From contig DAIDIE010000001.1 of assembly GCA_027459505.1 (NCBI GenBank), positions 26,318 through 90,317 on the forward strand: DNA of 64,000 bases, given 5' to 3'. Positions 9,266-18,792 of the stretch are shown here, in pieces (positions within the stretch are counted from its first letter, which is position 1; every line of letters starts with the position of its first letter). Origin of the DNA: Acidobacteriota bacterium. Lineage in GTDB: Bacteria; Acidobacteriota; Terriglobia; Terriglobales; SCQP01. The notes under the pieces were generated by a model, which worked only from the letters and a program-made list of their open reading frames with translations, searched no databases and was not told the DNA's origin. The translations under genes were made by a program, and so were the position numbers.

Positions 9266-10585
9266 CTATGTCGCTGTCTGCCAGGCCTTGCTGGCTTGCA
9301 TTTGCCCCGCCCCGCTCGCCACTTTTTGTAACGCCTTCCCGTAAGCGTGCATCAGCTCCTCGCTCTGCGCGTAAATGGGGAACTCGTCGTTGGTTAGACA
9401 GAACGAGTTGGCGAACATCCGCAATGTCTCCGGATAATCCTCGGCGCGGTAGACGTACTGCGCGGGATCGCCGTTCAGGCTCCAGGGAACGTTGCGGCCC
9501 TGCCCATAATGCGATTGGATCATCGGATGCGCCGGCAACGGCGCCGTGCCCCACAGATCCACATCCACGCCCTCCGCGCTCAGCGCCGCCATGAAGGCGT
9601 CACGCAGCTCCTGGCCCCGCAATGGCGTGTCCAACTCCTCGGGCACGATTGTGATCCGGTACTTGTGGTACACCGATTCACACTCCTGCGGCACAAAAGG
9701 CGCGCGCAGTCCGGGCGTGTTCTGCAAATAGCTGTCCACAATACGGGCGTTTCGCTGCCCGGTACGGTTCACCTCCGCCAGCCGCGCAAGCTGCGTACGC
9801 GCCAGCGCGCACGGCATCTCCTGTACCCGGTAATTCCAGGCCAGCAGGTGCTGGAATTCCATCGTCCGGTTGCTGGCCGGCAGCGTCTCGCCCACCTGCT
9901 TGATCCAGTTGGCGCGATAGTAAACCTCTTCGTCGTTGGTCACCATGAAGCCGCCCTCGCCCACCGCGAAGTTCTTCGTGCCGTTGACGCTGAATCCCGC
10001 CGCCAGCCCCAGATTGCCCGCGCCCCGCCCTTTGTATTTCGCGCCCGGCGCCTGACAGGCATCTTCCAACACCAGCAACTTGTGCTTGCGCGCAACCGCG
10101 TGAATGGCGTCCCAGTCGGCGGTCAGGCCGTGAATATCGACGGCTAGGATGGCGCGCGTCCGCGGCGTAATCTTGGCCTCGATCTTCGCGGCATCGATGT
10201 TCCACGTGCGCGGATCGATATCGACAAAGACGGGGACCGCCCCGGCATGCAGAATGGCGGCGGGAGTGGCCAGAAACGAATAGGCCGAGGTAATCACCTC
10301 ATCGCCGGCCTGAACCCCCGCGGCCGCCACCGCCATGTGCAGCCCCGCCGTGCCACCGTTCACCGCCAGCGCATAGCGCGCCCCCAGAAAGGCCGCGAAC
10401 TCCCGCTCCAGCGCGTCCTGCTCGGGGCAGTGCAGGCCATCGACGGCCGTCATCGCCCACAAGACCTTCCGCTCCAGCACCCCCATCACGGCGCGCTTGT
10501 CCGCTTCGGTCACCACCGGCCAGCTTGTCTTCGCCAACTTCGCGGGAACGCTTTGCGCCCCCCCACGAATTGCCAGGTCACCCAT
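9266..10585 (-). CDS. DegT/DnrJ/EryC1/StrS family PLP-dependent aminotransferase
   Basis: ...FAAFLGARYALAVNGGTAGLHMAV..., ...GDEVITSAYSFLATP..., ...LVLEDACQAPGA..., and the PLP-lysine region FSVNGTKNFAVGEGG. ATG 10585 is preceded by GAGGAGAA. Confidence 0.9.
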   Translation of the reverse strand: MGDLAIRGGAQSVPAKLAKTSWPVVTEADKRAVMGVLERKVLWAMTAVDGLHCPEQDALEREFAAFLGARYALAVNGGTAGLHMAVAAAGVQAGDEVITSAYSFLATPAAILHAGAVPVFVDIDPRTWNIDAAKIEAKITPRTRAILAVDIHGLTADWDAIHAVARKHKLLVLEDACQAPGAKYKGRGAGNLGLAAGFSVNGTKNFAVGEGGFMVTNDEEVYYRANWIKQVGETLPASNRTMEFQHLLAWNYRVQEMPCALARTQLARLAEVNRTGQRNARIVDSYLQNTPGLRAPFVPQECESVYHKYRITIVPEELDTPLRGQELRDAFMAALSAEGVDVDLWGTAPLPAHPMIQSHYGQGRNVPWSLNGDPAQYVYRAEDYPETLRMFANSFCLTNDEFPIYAQSEELMHAYGKALQKVASGAGQMQASKAWQTAT

Positions 10586-10640
10586 GTCGCAGTTCTCCTC
10601 GTCTTCGCGCGGTCTGTGCCGCGGCTTTGCTCCGGTCCGC

Positions 10641-11981
10641 CTATTGTTCCCAGGCGTCGCGGCGCGCGTCGATCAGCCGCCGCAGCTTGCGTCCCGTGCT
10701 CAACGTGCGGGGCGCGTGATAGTGAAAGTCGAACTCAAAAAATCGCTTCTGGTAATAGCGCCAGCAATCCGGAAACCGCTCCTCGATATTGCGGAAAATA
10801 TGCTCCCGCACCTCGTCGGCGCCCGCCTCGGGCCGCAGTTCGAGATGAAACTCGATGCGATCGTCGCGGTCCCCCCGCCGCACGATCACCTGCCAGTCGT
10901 CCGTCACATCGTGGATGTCACGCAGGATCTCCTCGAACCAGTAGGGGCTGATGTTGCCCATTGAGCAATTGATGAGCTCGTCGGAACGGCCCGCGATACG
11001 CGCCACCCGCGGCATCAACTGCAAGCCGCATTGGCATTGCCCGTCTTGCGCCCAACGTGTTACATCCGCGGAGCGGTAGCGGATCAGCGGCATCACCTGG
11101 CGATTGAGCGTGGTGTAGGTGAGTTCGCCATAACCATCCTCATCGGGATCGGCGATCTCATTGACCAGATTCAGATCGTCGAGGTGATATCCGTGCTTTT
11201 CCGGGCACTCGATTCCGTTGGCCCCGAAGGCTTCCGTCTGCCCATAACTCAGCACCACCCGCGCCCCTTTCCAGACCGATTCGATGTAGCGCCGCGTCCG
11301 CTCGCTCAGGTTCTCTCCACCCAGCAAAAGCAGTTTTACCGGCCAGATCCCCTCTTTTTCCGCAACCTCGGTGACGCGAACAATATGTGTTGGCACGCCC
11401 ATAATCACCGTCGGGCGGTACACTTTCACGCGCTCGTAAAACTCCTTGGGCTCCACAAAGGCGCCGATCACGTGCAGGCAGCGCAGCGGAATCAGCGCGT
11501 AGTAGGCGGTGAACGGCGCGTTCCAGAAGGAATAGTCGAACCCGTCCGCTACCACATCCTCGCGGCGTACTCCCAGGTTATACAGTCCCGCCGCCGAATC
11601 GCGGCCATAATGCTGCATTTCCGCATAGGAGAAATAAACCCGCTTATTCACCCCCATCGAAGTGCCGGTCGTTTCAAAACCAAACTCCGGTGGCGCGCAT
11701 AAGAAGTCCTCCACCGGGTTGTTGCGCAGATCGGCCGCCGTCGTAAAAAAGTTCCCCAGGTCGGCGTGACTGTACACCTTGCGCGGATCGATGCCGAATT
11801 CCTTGAACTTCCGCTGATAAAACCGCGAATGCTTGGCCGCGTAGCGCACCGTGCGGTTCATCCCCTGCCGCTGTAAGCGGCGGATCAGCCCGGGTGTCAG
11901 GCGCTGGCCAAAGCGCAAGCGCCGCCCCGGCTGGTTCAACAGCCGTTCGTCAACAAACTTGATGAGGCGATGGATTGCCAT
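10641..11981 (-). CDS. PaaK / coenzyme F390 synthetase-like adenylate-forming enzyme
   Basis: ...FFTTAADLR..., FETTGTSMGVNKRVYFS, ...LLLGGENLSE..., ...LSYGQTEAFG... match the phenylacetate-CoA ligase-like family. ATG 11981 (GAGGAA upstream) is preferred over TTG 11999. Confidence 0.8.
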   Translation of the reverse strand: MAIHRLIKFVDERLLNQPGRRLRFGQRLTPGLIRRLQRQGMNRTVRYAAKHSRFYQRKFKEFGIDPRKVYSHADLGNFFTTAADLRNNPVEDFLCAPPEFGFETTGTSMGVNKRVYFSYAEMQHYGRDSAAGLYNLGVRREDVVADGFDYSFWNAPFTAYYALIPLRCLHVIGAFVEPKEFYERVKVYRPTVIMGVPTHIVRVTEVAEKEGIWPVKLLLLGGENLSERTRRYIESVWKGARVVLSYGQTEAFGANGIECPEKHGYHLDDLNLVNEIADPDEDGYGELTYTTLNRQVMPLIRYRSADVTRWAQDGQCQCGLQLMPRVARIAGRSDELINCSMGNISPYWFEEILRDIHDVTDDWQVIVRRGDRDDRIEFHLELRPEAGADEVREHIFRNIEERFPDCWRYYQKRFFEFDFHYHAPRTLSTGRKLRRLIDARRDAWEQ

Positions 11982-12064
11982 ACGTAACCGGTTCCTCAAC
12001 AGGGCTTCCGCCCCGCCTCTCGCTTCCCTCGCGTCGCTTCCTCCGCACGCCCTCCCCGCCGTGC

Positions 12065-13303
12065 TCAGCGCCCGGCCGCATTGCGCAGAATCAGCGACGA
12101 ATTCTGTCCCCCAAATCCAAATCCGTTACTCATTGCCACCCCGATGTGCGCCGCGCGCGCCTCTCCCGCCACCACATTCAGCAAACAGTCGGGGTCGGGA
12201 GTGCTGTAGTTCAGCGTTGGTGGAATAAAACTCTCCCGCATTGCCAACACCGTCAACACCGCCTCCACCGCCGAGGCGGCGGCGATCAGATGTCCGGTCA
12301 TGGCTTTGGTTGAACTCACCGGAACCCGCGCCGCGGCATCGCCCCACACCCGGCGCAAAGCTGCCGCCTCCGCCTGGTCGTTCAATACCGTGCCCGTGCC
12401 GTGCGCGTTGATGTAGTCGATCTCGCCCGGCCTCAGCCCGGCATCGTGCAAGGCCGCACCAATGGCCTGCGCCGCACCCCGCCCCTGCGGATGACACTTG
12501 GTCAGCCCAAAACAGTCCAACGAGCTGCCATAACCCGCCAGTTGCGCCAGCGGCCGCGCGCCCCGCGCTTCCGCGTGCCCCGCCTCTTCCAGCACGAAGG
12601 CGGCGGCTCCTTCGCCAACCACGAAACCGGTGCGATGACGGTCAAAGGGCCTGCAGGCCCGTTCCGGCCCTTCGTGCGCCAGCGCCGAAAGCAGTTCAAA
12701 TTCCAGCAAACTCAGCGGATCAATCTGGCTGTCGGTGGCGCCGGCAATGACCACCTCCGCCTGCCCCCGTTCAATAATGCGTTTGGCCATTCCCAACGCA
12801 TCGTTCCCAGAAGCGCAGGCGGTATAGCAGGAGTAGCGTGCGCCTCCAACCCCCGCCCGCTGCGCTAAGCCGCTCAGCAACTGCTGGGGCCGGGGGCGCT
12901 CCTCCGCGTTCACATACGCCTCCTGCGCGCGCGCCATCTGCTCCTCGATGACATCAGTCCCCCGCACGCCTGCCACCACCCGGCCCAGCATCTGCAGGTC
13001 CGTGGGGGGCTTGCCCACCGCCCACACCAGGGCGCGATCCTGCGCGGCATCCGCCGCCGGCAGTTGCGCCTCACTCAACGCCTCTTCCAGAACCTGCCGC
13101 GCCAGCGCTGCCATGCGCGGATTGCCACTGGGAAAGACGGCATCGGTAATTTCACCTGCGATCCGCACCGGAAAACCATCCACCGGAAACTGGCGTATCG
13201 CGCCAATGCCGTTGTGTCCCCGGCGCATCCGCTCGGCCGTTTGCCGCTGCCCCACTCCCAGCGCGGAAACCACACCCATTCCGGTAATGACCGCTCGCCT
13301 CAT
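12065..13303 (-). CDS. Beta-ketoacyl-ACP synthase (FabF/KS-alpha type, catalytic triad intact)
   Basis: MRRAVITGMGVVSALG..., active-site Cys in YTACASGNDALG, His in INAHGTGTVLND and KAMTGHLIAAAS, and C-terminal GFGFGGQNSSLIL. ATG 13303 overlaps the upstream stop (ATGA at 13300-13303). Confidence 0.9.
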   Translation of the reverse strand: MRRAVITGMGVVSALGVGQRQTAERMRRGHNGIGAIRQFPVDGFPVRIAGEITDAVFPSGNPRMAALARQVLEEALSEAQLPAADAAQDRALVWAVGKPPTDLQMLGRVVAGVRGTDVIEEQMARAQEAYVNAEERPRPQQLLSGLAQRAGVGGARYSCYTACASGNDALGMAKRIIERGQAEVVIAGATDSQIDPLSLLEFELLSALAHEGPERACRPFDRHRTGFVVGEGAAAFVLEEAGHAEARGARPLAQLAGYGSSLDCFGLTKCHPQGRGAAQAIGAALHDAGLRPGEIDYINAHGTGTVLNDQAEAAALRRVWGDAAARVPVSSTKAMTGHLIAAASAVEAVLTVLAMRESFIPPTLNYSTPDPDCLLNVVAGEARAAHIGVAMSNGFGFGGQNSSLILRNAAGR

Positions 13304-14205
13304 CGCGCGGCTACCTCGGCATAGGAAGCGGGCAGTATCTGTAGTCCAGCCCCCGCCGCCACTCCCTCGCTCCGTTGCGGATCGGCGCCGCTCAGCCTGT
13401 CCACTGCCTCGATCATGCTCAACAACCCGCCACTCGCCGGGCAACGCCGTAAAGGCTCCTCGTCGATTCGTGCCGCAACCACACCACCAGACGCCGCAGT
13501 CGCCCGCAGCAGCCCCACCACCGCCGCTCCTCGCGCCTTGGCACTGCTCCAGCGCTCCAAAACCAGAGCGCCAGCGGCCTCGCGGCTCGTCTCCGTTTCT
13601 ACGCCATAGGCGGGCGAGTCGCCGGCTTCACAGACCATGAGATCCGCCCGCCCTTCCACGATCGTCCAGTAACTTTCCGCCACCGCCTGCTGCGCCGCTT
13701 CCACGCCAGAGGTCATCGTGAAGCTCGGCCCTTGCAATCCGAACAGCAGCGACACATGCGCAGCCGCCATGTTGGCCAGAAGTGTTAAACGGCGGAAGGG
13801 ATGCAGCTTGTGCAACGCCACCTCCCCAAACCGGCTCAACTGCAACTCCCCGCCCCCAGCCTCCTCCAGCGTCTGCACCAGATCCGCTGTGATCGGGGAT
13901 ATGTCAGTGGTCGCCAGGGCCGTTCCCGCCCGGGTCACGTCGGCGTGGCTGGTTAGTTCAGCGGTCGAGCCCATCCCCGCTTGCCGCATGGCCAGCACCG
14001 CTGCCGCCGACGCCAACTGAAAGAGCCGCTGCATCGAGCGCAATACTTTGGGATTGTGTATGTAGGCGGCTGCGTCGAAATCGGGGACCGGCCGCCCGAC
14101 CTCCCCGGGATCACGCAACCAATTCCGCAGCGCCGCGGGGCCCACCCCCGCAGGCGTTAATACCCCAACGCCGGTGATGGCGACGATGCTGGCCTCACCT
14201 TCCAT
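13300..14205 (-). CDS. Truncated KS-like protein without catalytic residues (chain-length-factor-like partner)
   Basis: Thiolase-fold N-half (IVAITGVGVLTPAG...). The Cys position reads FTMTSGVEAAQQA, with no Cys. The His-containing C-half motifs are absent; 301 aa. The start follows the upstream stop directly (TAAATG), and the stop overlaps the next KS start. Confidence 0.7.
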   Translation of the reverse strand: MEGEASIVAITGVGVLTPAGVGPAALRNWLRDPGEVGRPVPDFDAAAYIHNPKVLRSMQRLFQLASAAAVLAMRQAGMGSTAELTSHADVTRAGTALATTDISPITADLVQTLEEAGGGELQLSRFGEVALHKLHPFRRLTLLANMAAAHVSLLFGLQGPSFTMTSGVEAAQQAVAESYWTIVEGRADLMVCEAGDSPAYGVETETSREAAGALVLERWSSAKARGAAVVGLLRATAASGGVVAARIDEEPLRRCPASGGLLSMIEAVDRLSGADPQRSEGVAAGAGLQILPASYAEVAAR

Positions 14206-14949
14206 TTAGCCCCGCATGCCTCCATCCACGTGCAGTACTTCGCCGGTGATGTAGTCAGCATCCGGGGAAACCAAAAAGGCGACCACTCCGGCGATCTCTT
14301 CCGGCTTGCCAAAACGGTTCAGCGTGATGAACGGCAGGATCTTATCCGCTGCCATCTCGCGGATATTCTGGCTCATGTCGGTCTCGATCATGCCCGGCGC
14401 CACGGCGTTCACGTTGATGTTGCGGCTGGCCAGTTCCGCCGCCAGCGCCCGCGTCATCGCATTGATGGCGCCTTTGGAGGCGGCATAGTTGGCGTGCCCG
14501 CGGTTGGGCTTATGCCCGGCCGCCGAAGAGAGATTCACAATCCGGCCCCAGCGCTGCCGCACCATCAGCTTGGCCGCCGCACGGCTGCAATAAAACACGG
14601 AGTCCAGATTGGTCTGCAGCACCGCCCGCCAGTCTTCCTCTTCCATGCTCAGCAGCAGCGTGTCGCGCGTAATGCCGGCGTTGTTGATCAGGATGTCAAG
14701 CCGCCCAAACTGGGTCTGCACCGCTTCAAACATCGCCTGCACTTGCGCGAGCTGCGAGACGTCGGCGGGAAAAATCTCCGCCTCACCCCCTTGGGCGCGA
14801 ATCTCATCGCGCACTTTTTCGGCGTCGGCCTGATGGCTGCGATAGTTGATCCCAACCCGGGCGCCATCCTGCGCCAGCCGCAAAGCAATGGCGCGGCCAA
14901 TCCCCCGGCTGGCGCCGGTGACTAATGCGGTTTTCCCTTTAAGACGCAT
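14206..14949 (-). CDS. 3-oxoacyl-ACP reductase (FabG-type SDR)
   Basis: TGASRGIGRAIA, NNAG, and S...YAASKGA...PG motifs; 247 aa; GAGGAAA RBS. Confidence 0.9.
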   Translation of the reverse strand: MRLKGKTALVTGASRGIGRAIALRLAQDGARVGINYRSHQADAEKVRDEIRAQGGEAEIFPADVSQLAQVQAMFEAVQTQFGRLDILINNAGITRDTLLLSMEEEDWRAVLQTNLDSVFYCSRAAAKLMVRQRWGRIVNLSSAAGHKPNRGHANYAASKGAINAMTRALAAELASRNINVNAVAPGMIETDMSQNIREMAADKILPFITLNRFGKPEEIAGVVAFLVSPDADYITGEVLHVDGGMRG

Positions 14950-14977
14950 AGCTTTCCTCGCGCTCGAAACGGCGCGC

Positions 14978-16291
14978 TCAGACGCTTTGGCTGATCACCA
15001 GCGAAGCGGTGTTGCCCACCGGACTGGCGGCGTTCACCAGCAGGTGGCGCAATGGACGCGCCGCCTGAGCTTCCAACACATAGGCCAAACCCAGGTCGGG
15101 ATCCGGCTGATTCAGATTTTTCACCGGCGGTAAACCAATGTGTCCGCCCACGCACCCCAATCCCGCAACCACCTCCAGCGGGGCCGAGCCCGCCAACAGG
15201 TTGCCGGTGAACGACTTGATCGCGGTCACTGGCACGTAGCTCGAGCGCGCCGTGAGCAGCGCCTTGATGGCCTGCGCCTCGACCGCGTCCGCGTGGCGTG
15301 CACCGCAGGCCTGGGCAAAGATGGCGTCCAATTCCCAGGGATCCAGCCGGGCATCCGCCAGCGCATTTTCCATCGCCGCCTGAAACGCCTGCTGCGTTTC
15401 CGCCGGACGCGGCCCCACCCCGCTGCTGGCCGCCGCGAAACCGCGAATTTCACCGTATATGCGAGCCCCGCGCGCCAGCGCCGCCTCTCGCTCCTCCATC
15501 ACCAAAAACGTTCCGCCCTCGGCGGGCACAAAGCCGGCGCGCTGCCGGTCAAAGGGACGGCTGGCGCCCGCCGCTTCACCCTCGCCGTCGTTGCCGCCCT
15601 GGTACAGCAAACCGGATGATTCAAAGCTCTCCAGCCGCTCTTCATCCAGCAGCGACTCGTAGCCTCCCGCCACCGCGATATCCGCCTTGCCTTGCCGCAC
15701 GGCCCGGAAAGCCTCGCCAATCGCGATCGCGCCCCCTGCTCCGCTCATGCAGATATTGGCGTTCAGCCCCTGCGCCCCCAGCTTCAGACTGACGAAGTAA
15801 AGCACGATGTTCGCCAGACTCTTCAGCAGCCACAACGGATTGATGGTGGAAATCCCCTCCGCGCCAAACAGCCGCAAATCCACCGGATCGCCGTTACGCA
15901 GCGCCACTTCCAGCGCTGGCAGCAGCTCGTCGCGATCCCCCGCATGTCCCGGCGACCCCACAAAGCAGGCAATCCGGAATGGGTCCACTCCCTCTAGATT
16001 GAGTTGCGCGCTCTTGACCGCCAGCTCCGCCGCCGCTACCCCAATGCGCACCGGGCGCGTCATCAGCTTCAGCGACTTGGGGTCGGCGATGAACTGGCGC
16101 GCGTTGAAATCTGGAATCGCACCGCCAAGGCGCGTGCGGAACGGCGCTACATCGAAGTGCGTTATCGCACGCAAACCACTGCGCCCCTCGCCCAATGCCG
16201 CCCACAACTGCTCGGCTGAACAGCCCAGCGGCGAGACCATGCCTATGCCGGTGATGACCACACGGCGTCCGGGTTCACGCGACGTATTCAC
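14978..16291 (-). CDS. KS-like protein lacking both catalytic histidines (KS-beta/CLF-like)
   Basis: RRVVITGIGMVSPLG thiolase-fold N-terminus. Aligned by eye to the upstream KS, INAHGT becomes IFAQAC and TGHMV becomes TGNLL. The Cys region reads NICMSGAGGAIAIGEA, and the Cys alignment is ambiguous. Start GTG 16291 (GGAG upstream) is chosen; the track gives TTG 16327. Either start overlaps the upstream KS stop at 16275. Confidence 0.8.
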   Translation of the reverse strand: MNTSREPGRRVVITGIGMVSPLGCSAEQLWAALGEGRSGLRAITHFDVAPFRTRLGGAIPDFNARQFIADPKSLKLMTRPVRIGVAAAELAVKSAQLNLEGVDPFRIACFVGSPGHAGDRDELLPALEVALRNGDPVDLRLFGAEGISTINPLWLLKSLANIVLYFVSLKLGAQGLNANICMSGAGGAIAIGEAFRAVRQGKADIAVAGGYESLLDEERLESFESSGLLYQGGNDGEGEAAGASRPFDRQRAGFVPAEGGTFLVMEEREAALARGARIYGEIRGFAAASSGVGPRPAETQQAFQAAMENALADARLDPWELDAIFAQACGARHADAVEAQAIKALLTARSSYVPVTAIKSFTGNLLAGSAPLEVVAGLGCVGGHIGLPPVKNLNQPDPDLGLAYVLEAQAARPLRHLLVNAASPVGNTASLVISQSV

Positions 16292-17576
16292 GAAATACCA
16301 AGCTCCCGTTGGATCCACCAAAACCAAACGAATTCGAAATCACCGTCCGCACCTTCGCCTGCCGCCCCACGTTGGGTACGTAGTCCAGATCGCAAACTGG
16401 GTCCGCCATCTCCTGGTTCAGGGTTGGCGGAATGTAACCTTCACCTATCACCAGCAGTGAAATCAATGCCTCAATCGCTCCGGCCGCGTTCACCATATGC
16501 CCCGTCATCGACTTGGTCGAGCTGATGGGGACCTTCCTGGCGTACTCGCCCAGACAGCGCTTGATGGCCATGGTTTCGCTGGCGTCGTTCTGCACGGTCG
16601 AGGTCCCGTGGGCGTTGATGTAGTCCACCTCGCTGGGAGCGATCCCCGCGTCTTCCAACGCCGCATTCATGGCCAACAGCGGCCCTTGTCCGTCCGGAGG
16701 CGAGTCGGTTATGCGATATGCGTTAATGGAGCAGCCAAAACCGGCAATCTCGCCGTAAATGCGCGCTCCCCTCCGGTAGGCGTGCCAGGCGTCTTCCAGC
16801 ACCAGCATGGCCGCGCCTTCCGCCAGCACAAAGCCGTCGCGCGCCCCGTCAAAGGGACGCGATGCCGCCTTGGGATTGTCGTTGCGCTTGGAGAGCGCGC
16901 CCAGCAGGATAAAGCTGGACACCATGGTCGGCTCCATCAGGCTCTCCGCTCCCCCCGCCAGCATGATGTCCGCGTCGCCGCTGCGAATCTTCTCCACCGC
17001 GAATCCCACCGCCTGCGAGCTGGACGTGCACGCGGTTGAGATCGTGTTCATCGGGCCCCGCGCCCCAATCAGCGAACTGAGCGCGTAAACCAGAGCGTAG
17101 GGCGCATAGCGCAGGTATTCGTAACCGGGAATCGCCGCCAGCGCCGCGCGCCGCTCCGCTTCCGTCCGCGCCCGCAACTTGCGGGCCGCTAACTCCGGCA
17201 ATAGGCAATCGCGCCGCCCCTCCGTACCCATCGACACGCCAATGCGGCTGCCATCCACGCTGGCGTCGCCCAGCTTCAGACCCGCGTCGCCCAGCGCTTC
17301 CAGCGCCGCCGCGTAGCCAAACGTGTTCTTGCGGTCCAGCACGTCCTGAATTTCCGCCGGCGCCTTGCCCTGCACCTTCTCCAGATCAAAGCCGCGTACC
17401 TCGCCGGCAATGCGCGTCTCGAAGGTTGAGGCGTCAAACAGCGAAATCGTGTCGATCCCGCAACGGCGCTCCTTCAGCCCTTGCCAGGTTTCGGCGGCAT
17501 TATGCCCAATCGGCGTCACCGCCCCCAGCCCGGTCACCACCACTCGCCTGCCTTTATTTGGACCGTGCGACTTCAT
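16275..17576 (-). CDS. Beta-ketoacyl-ACP synthase II-like (catalytic triad intact)
   Basis: RRVVVTGLGAVTPIG, active site TACTSSSQAVG, INAHGTSTVQND, KSMTGHMVNAAG, SNSFGFGGSNGSLVF. The ATG overlaps the dehydratase stop (ATGA at 17573-17576). Confidence 0.9.
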   Translation of the reverse strand: MKSHGPNKGRRVVVTGLGAVTPIGHNAAETWQGLKERRCGIDTISLFDASTFETRIAGEVRGFDLEKVQGKAPAEIQDVLDRKNTFGYAAALEALGDAGLKLGDASVDGSRIGVSMGTEGRRDCLLPELAARKLRARTEAERRAALAAIPGYEYLRYAPYALVYALSSLIGARGPMNTISTACTSSSQAVGFAVEKIRSGDADIMLAGGAESLMEPTMVSSFILLGALSKRNDNPKAASRPFDGARDGFVLAEGAAMLVLEDAWHAYRRGARIYGEIAGFGCSINAYRITDSPPDGQGPLLAMNAALEDAGIAPSEVDYINAHGTSTVQNDASETMAIKRCLGEYARKVPISSTKSMTGHMVNAAGAIEALISLLVIGEGYIPPTLNQEMADPVCDLDYVPNVGRQAKVRTVISNSFGFGGSNGSLVFREYVA

Positions 17577-18100
17577 TCCGCTCCCGTTCCCTTTCCCTTG
17601 CCCAGCGCCTGCAGCCGCGGCCAGTGCTCGCGCAGCAGCGCCCGGTTCACGTTCTCCGCCCAGCGCTCCAGATCCTGCCGCGCCGACTCCGGAATCACGT
17701 TGTCTCCCCCGCTCTGATATCCCAGCGTCACCTCGGCCGTGGTCATCGTCTGGCCATCGACTTGCGCCGTCCCCTTACAACGGCCCGCGCCATCGGTCAT
17801 CGCCGTCAACTCCACTCGCACCACCACGGTGTCGCCCGGTCGCACAAAACGCCGGAATTTGGCGTTACTCACACCCAGCAGCACCGGCAGTACCACCTCG
17901 CCCGTCTCCGCCCGCACCGTGTACGTGATCAGCCGCCCGGCCAATTGCGCCATCGCTTCCACCAGCAGCACGCCGGGAACCACCGGAAATCCGGGAAAAT
18001 GGTCGGCAAAATAGTCCTCCGCCATCGCCGGGTTTTTTACGCCCACGGCGTGACTGCCCGGCTCCAGCTCGGTGATTTTGTCGATCAGAATGAATCGCAC
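17573..18100 (-). CDS. FabZ-like hot-dog 3-hydroxyacyl-ACP dehydratase with a C-terminal extension
   Basis: GTG 18100 is preceded by AAGGGG. The product VRFILIDKITELEPG...ADHFPGFPVVPGVLLVEAMAQLAG carries the FabZ catalytic His/Glu motif. About 45 extra C-terminal residues follow. The ORF-track start at 18304 is over-extended. Confidence 0.85.
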   Translation of the reverse strand: MRFILIDKITELEPGSHAVGVKNPAMAEDYFADHFPGFPVVPGVLLVEAMAQLAGRLITYTVRAETGEVVLPVLLGVSNAKFRRFVRPGDTVVVRVELTAMTDGAGRCKGTAQVDGQTMTTAEVTLGYQSGGDNVIPESARQDLERWAENVNRALLREHWPRLQALGKGKGTGAE

Positions 18101-18239
18101 GTTCCCCTTGGCCCTTTCCCGCTGTTGGCCAGCCCCTCTGCAACGCAATGCCTGCCCGCTCACTATCCCGCCAACTTCAGGCACACTTCGACTGCGGAGC
18201 CGCCATGTGCCCCTGTGCATCCACCGCTTGGCGACCAGT

Positions 18240-18728
18240 TCAGCTTCCCGCGCTGGTGCTCGCTCCGCCCGTCTCCCCCAACCGCCACGCCACCAGCCGG
18301 GCAAACGTTTCGGGAGTGAACAGCGTCGGAATCTCGCGCGCCGGCAAGCCGGTATGGAATTTCGCCGGGTCCACTTCGGGCATCAGTATGCGCAGACGCT
18401 CCAGGGCGGCTTCGGTCAGAATGCCGTTCTGCTGAAACTCGGCGTCGCTCAACGATCCCTGCGTCGCCTTCTGAATGCCACCGCGCGGAATCTTGATTCC
18501 GAATTCCGATTCCAACTGGAACAGCAGATCCAGAAAATCGAGCGACTCGGCGCCCAGATCCTTCATCAGGCTGGAGTTGGCCTGCACCTCATCCTCGTCC
18601 TTGCCCAGCACGCTGGCCACCGCTTTGCGCACCGTGGTCAGAATCTCGTCGTGACGAGTGGCCAGCACACTGTCGGCGGCCTTGCGGATATGCAGTACCT
18701 CTTCGGAGCTCTTGCTCACTTCAGTCAT
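18240..18728 (-). CDS. Acyl carrier protein with an internal insertion (162 aa)
   Basis: GGAGG RBS. Phosphopantetheine-attachment motif LGAESLDFLDLLFQLESEFGIKIP. About 50 residues are inserted before a helix-IV-like TPETFARLVAWRL. Confidence 0.8.
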   Translation of the reverse strand: MTEVSKSSEEVLHIRKAADSVLATRHDEILTTVRKAVASVLGKDEDEVQANSSLMKDLGAESLDFLDLLFQLESEFGIKIPRGGIQKATQGSLSDAEFQQNGILTEAALERLRILMPEVDPAKFHTGLPAREIPTLFTPETFARLVAWRLGETGGASTSAGS

Positions 18729-18792
18729 CTCGTAGCCTCCGCGGCGCCACCCTCTGCGGCGCCGGAATTGAATTTCTTGCCGCGCTGATGCC

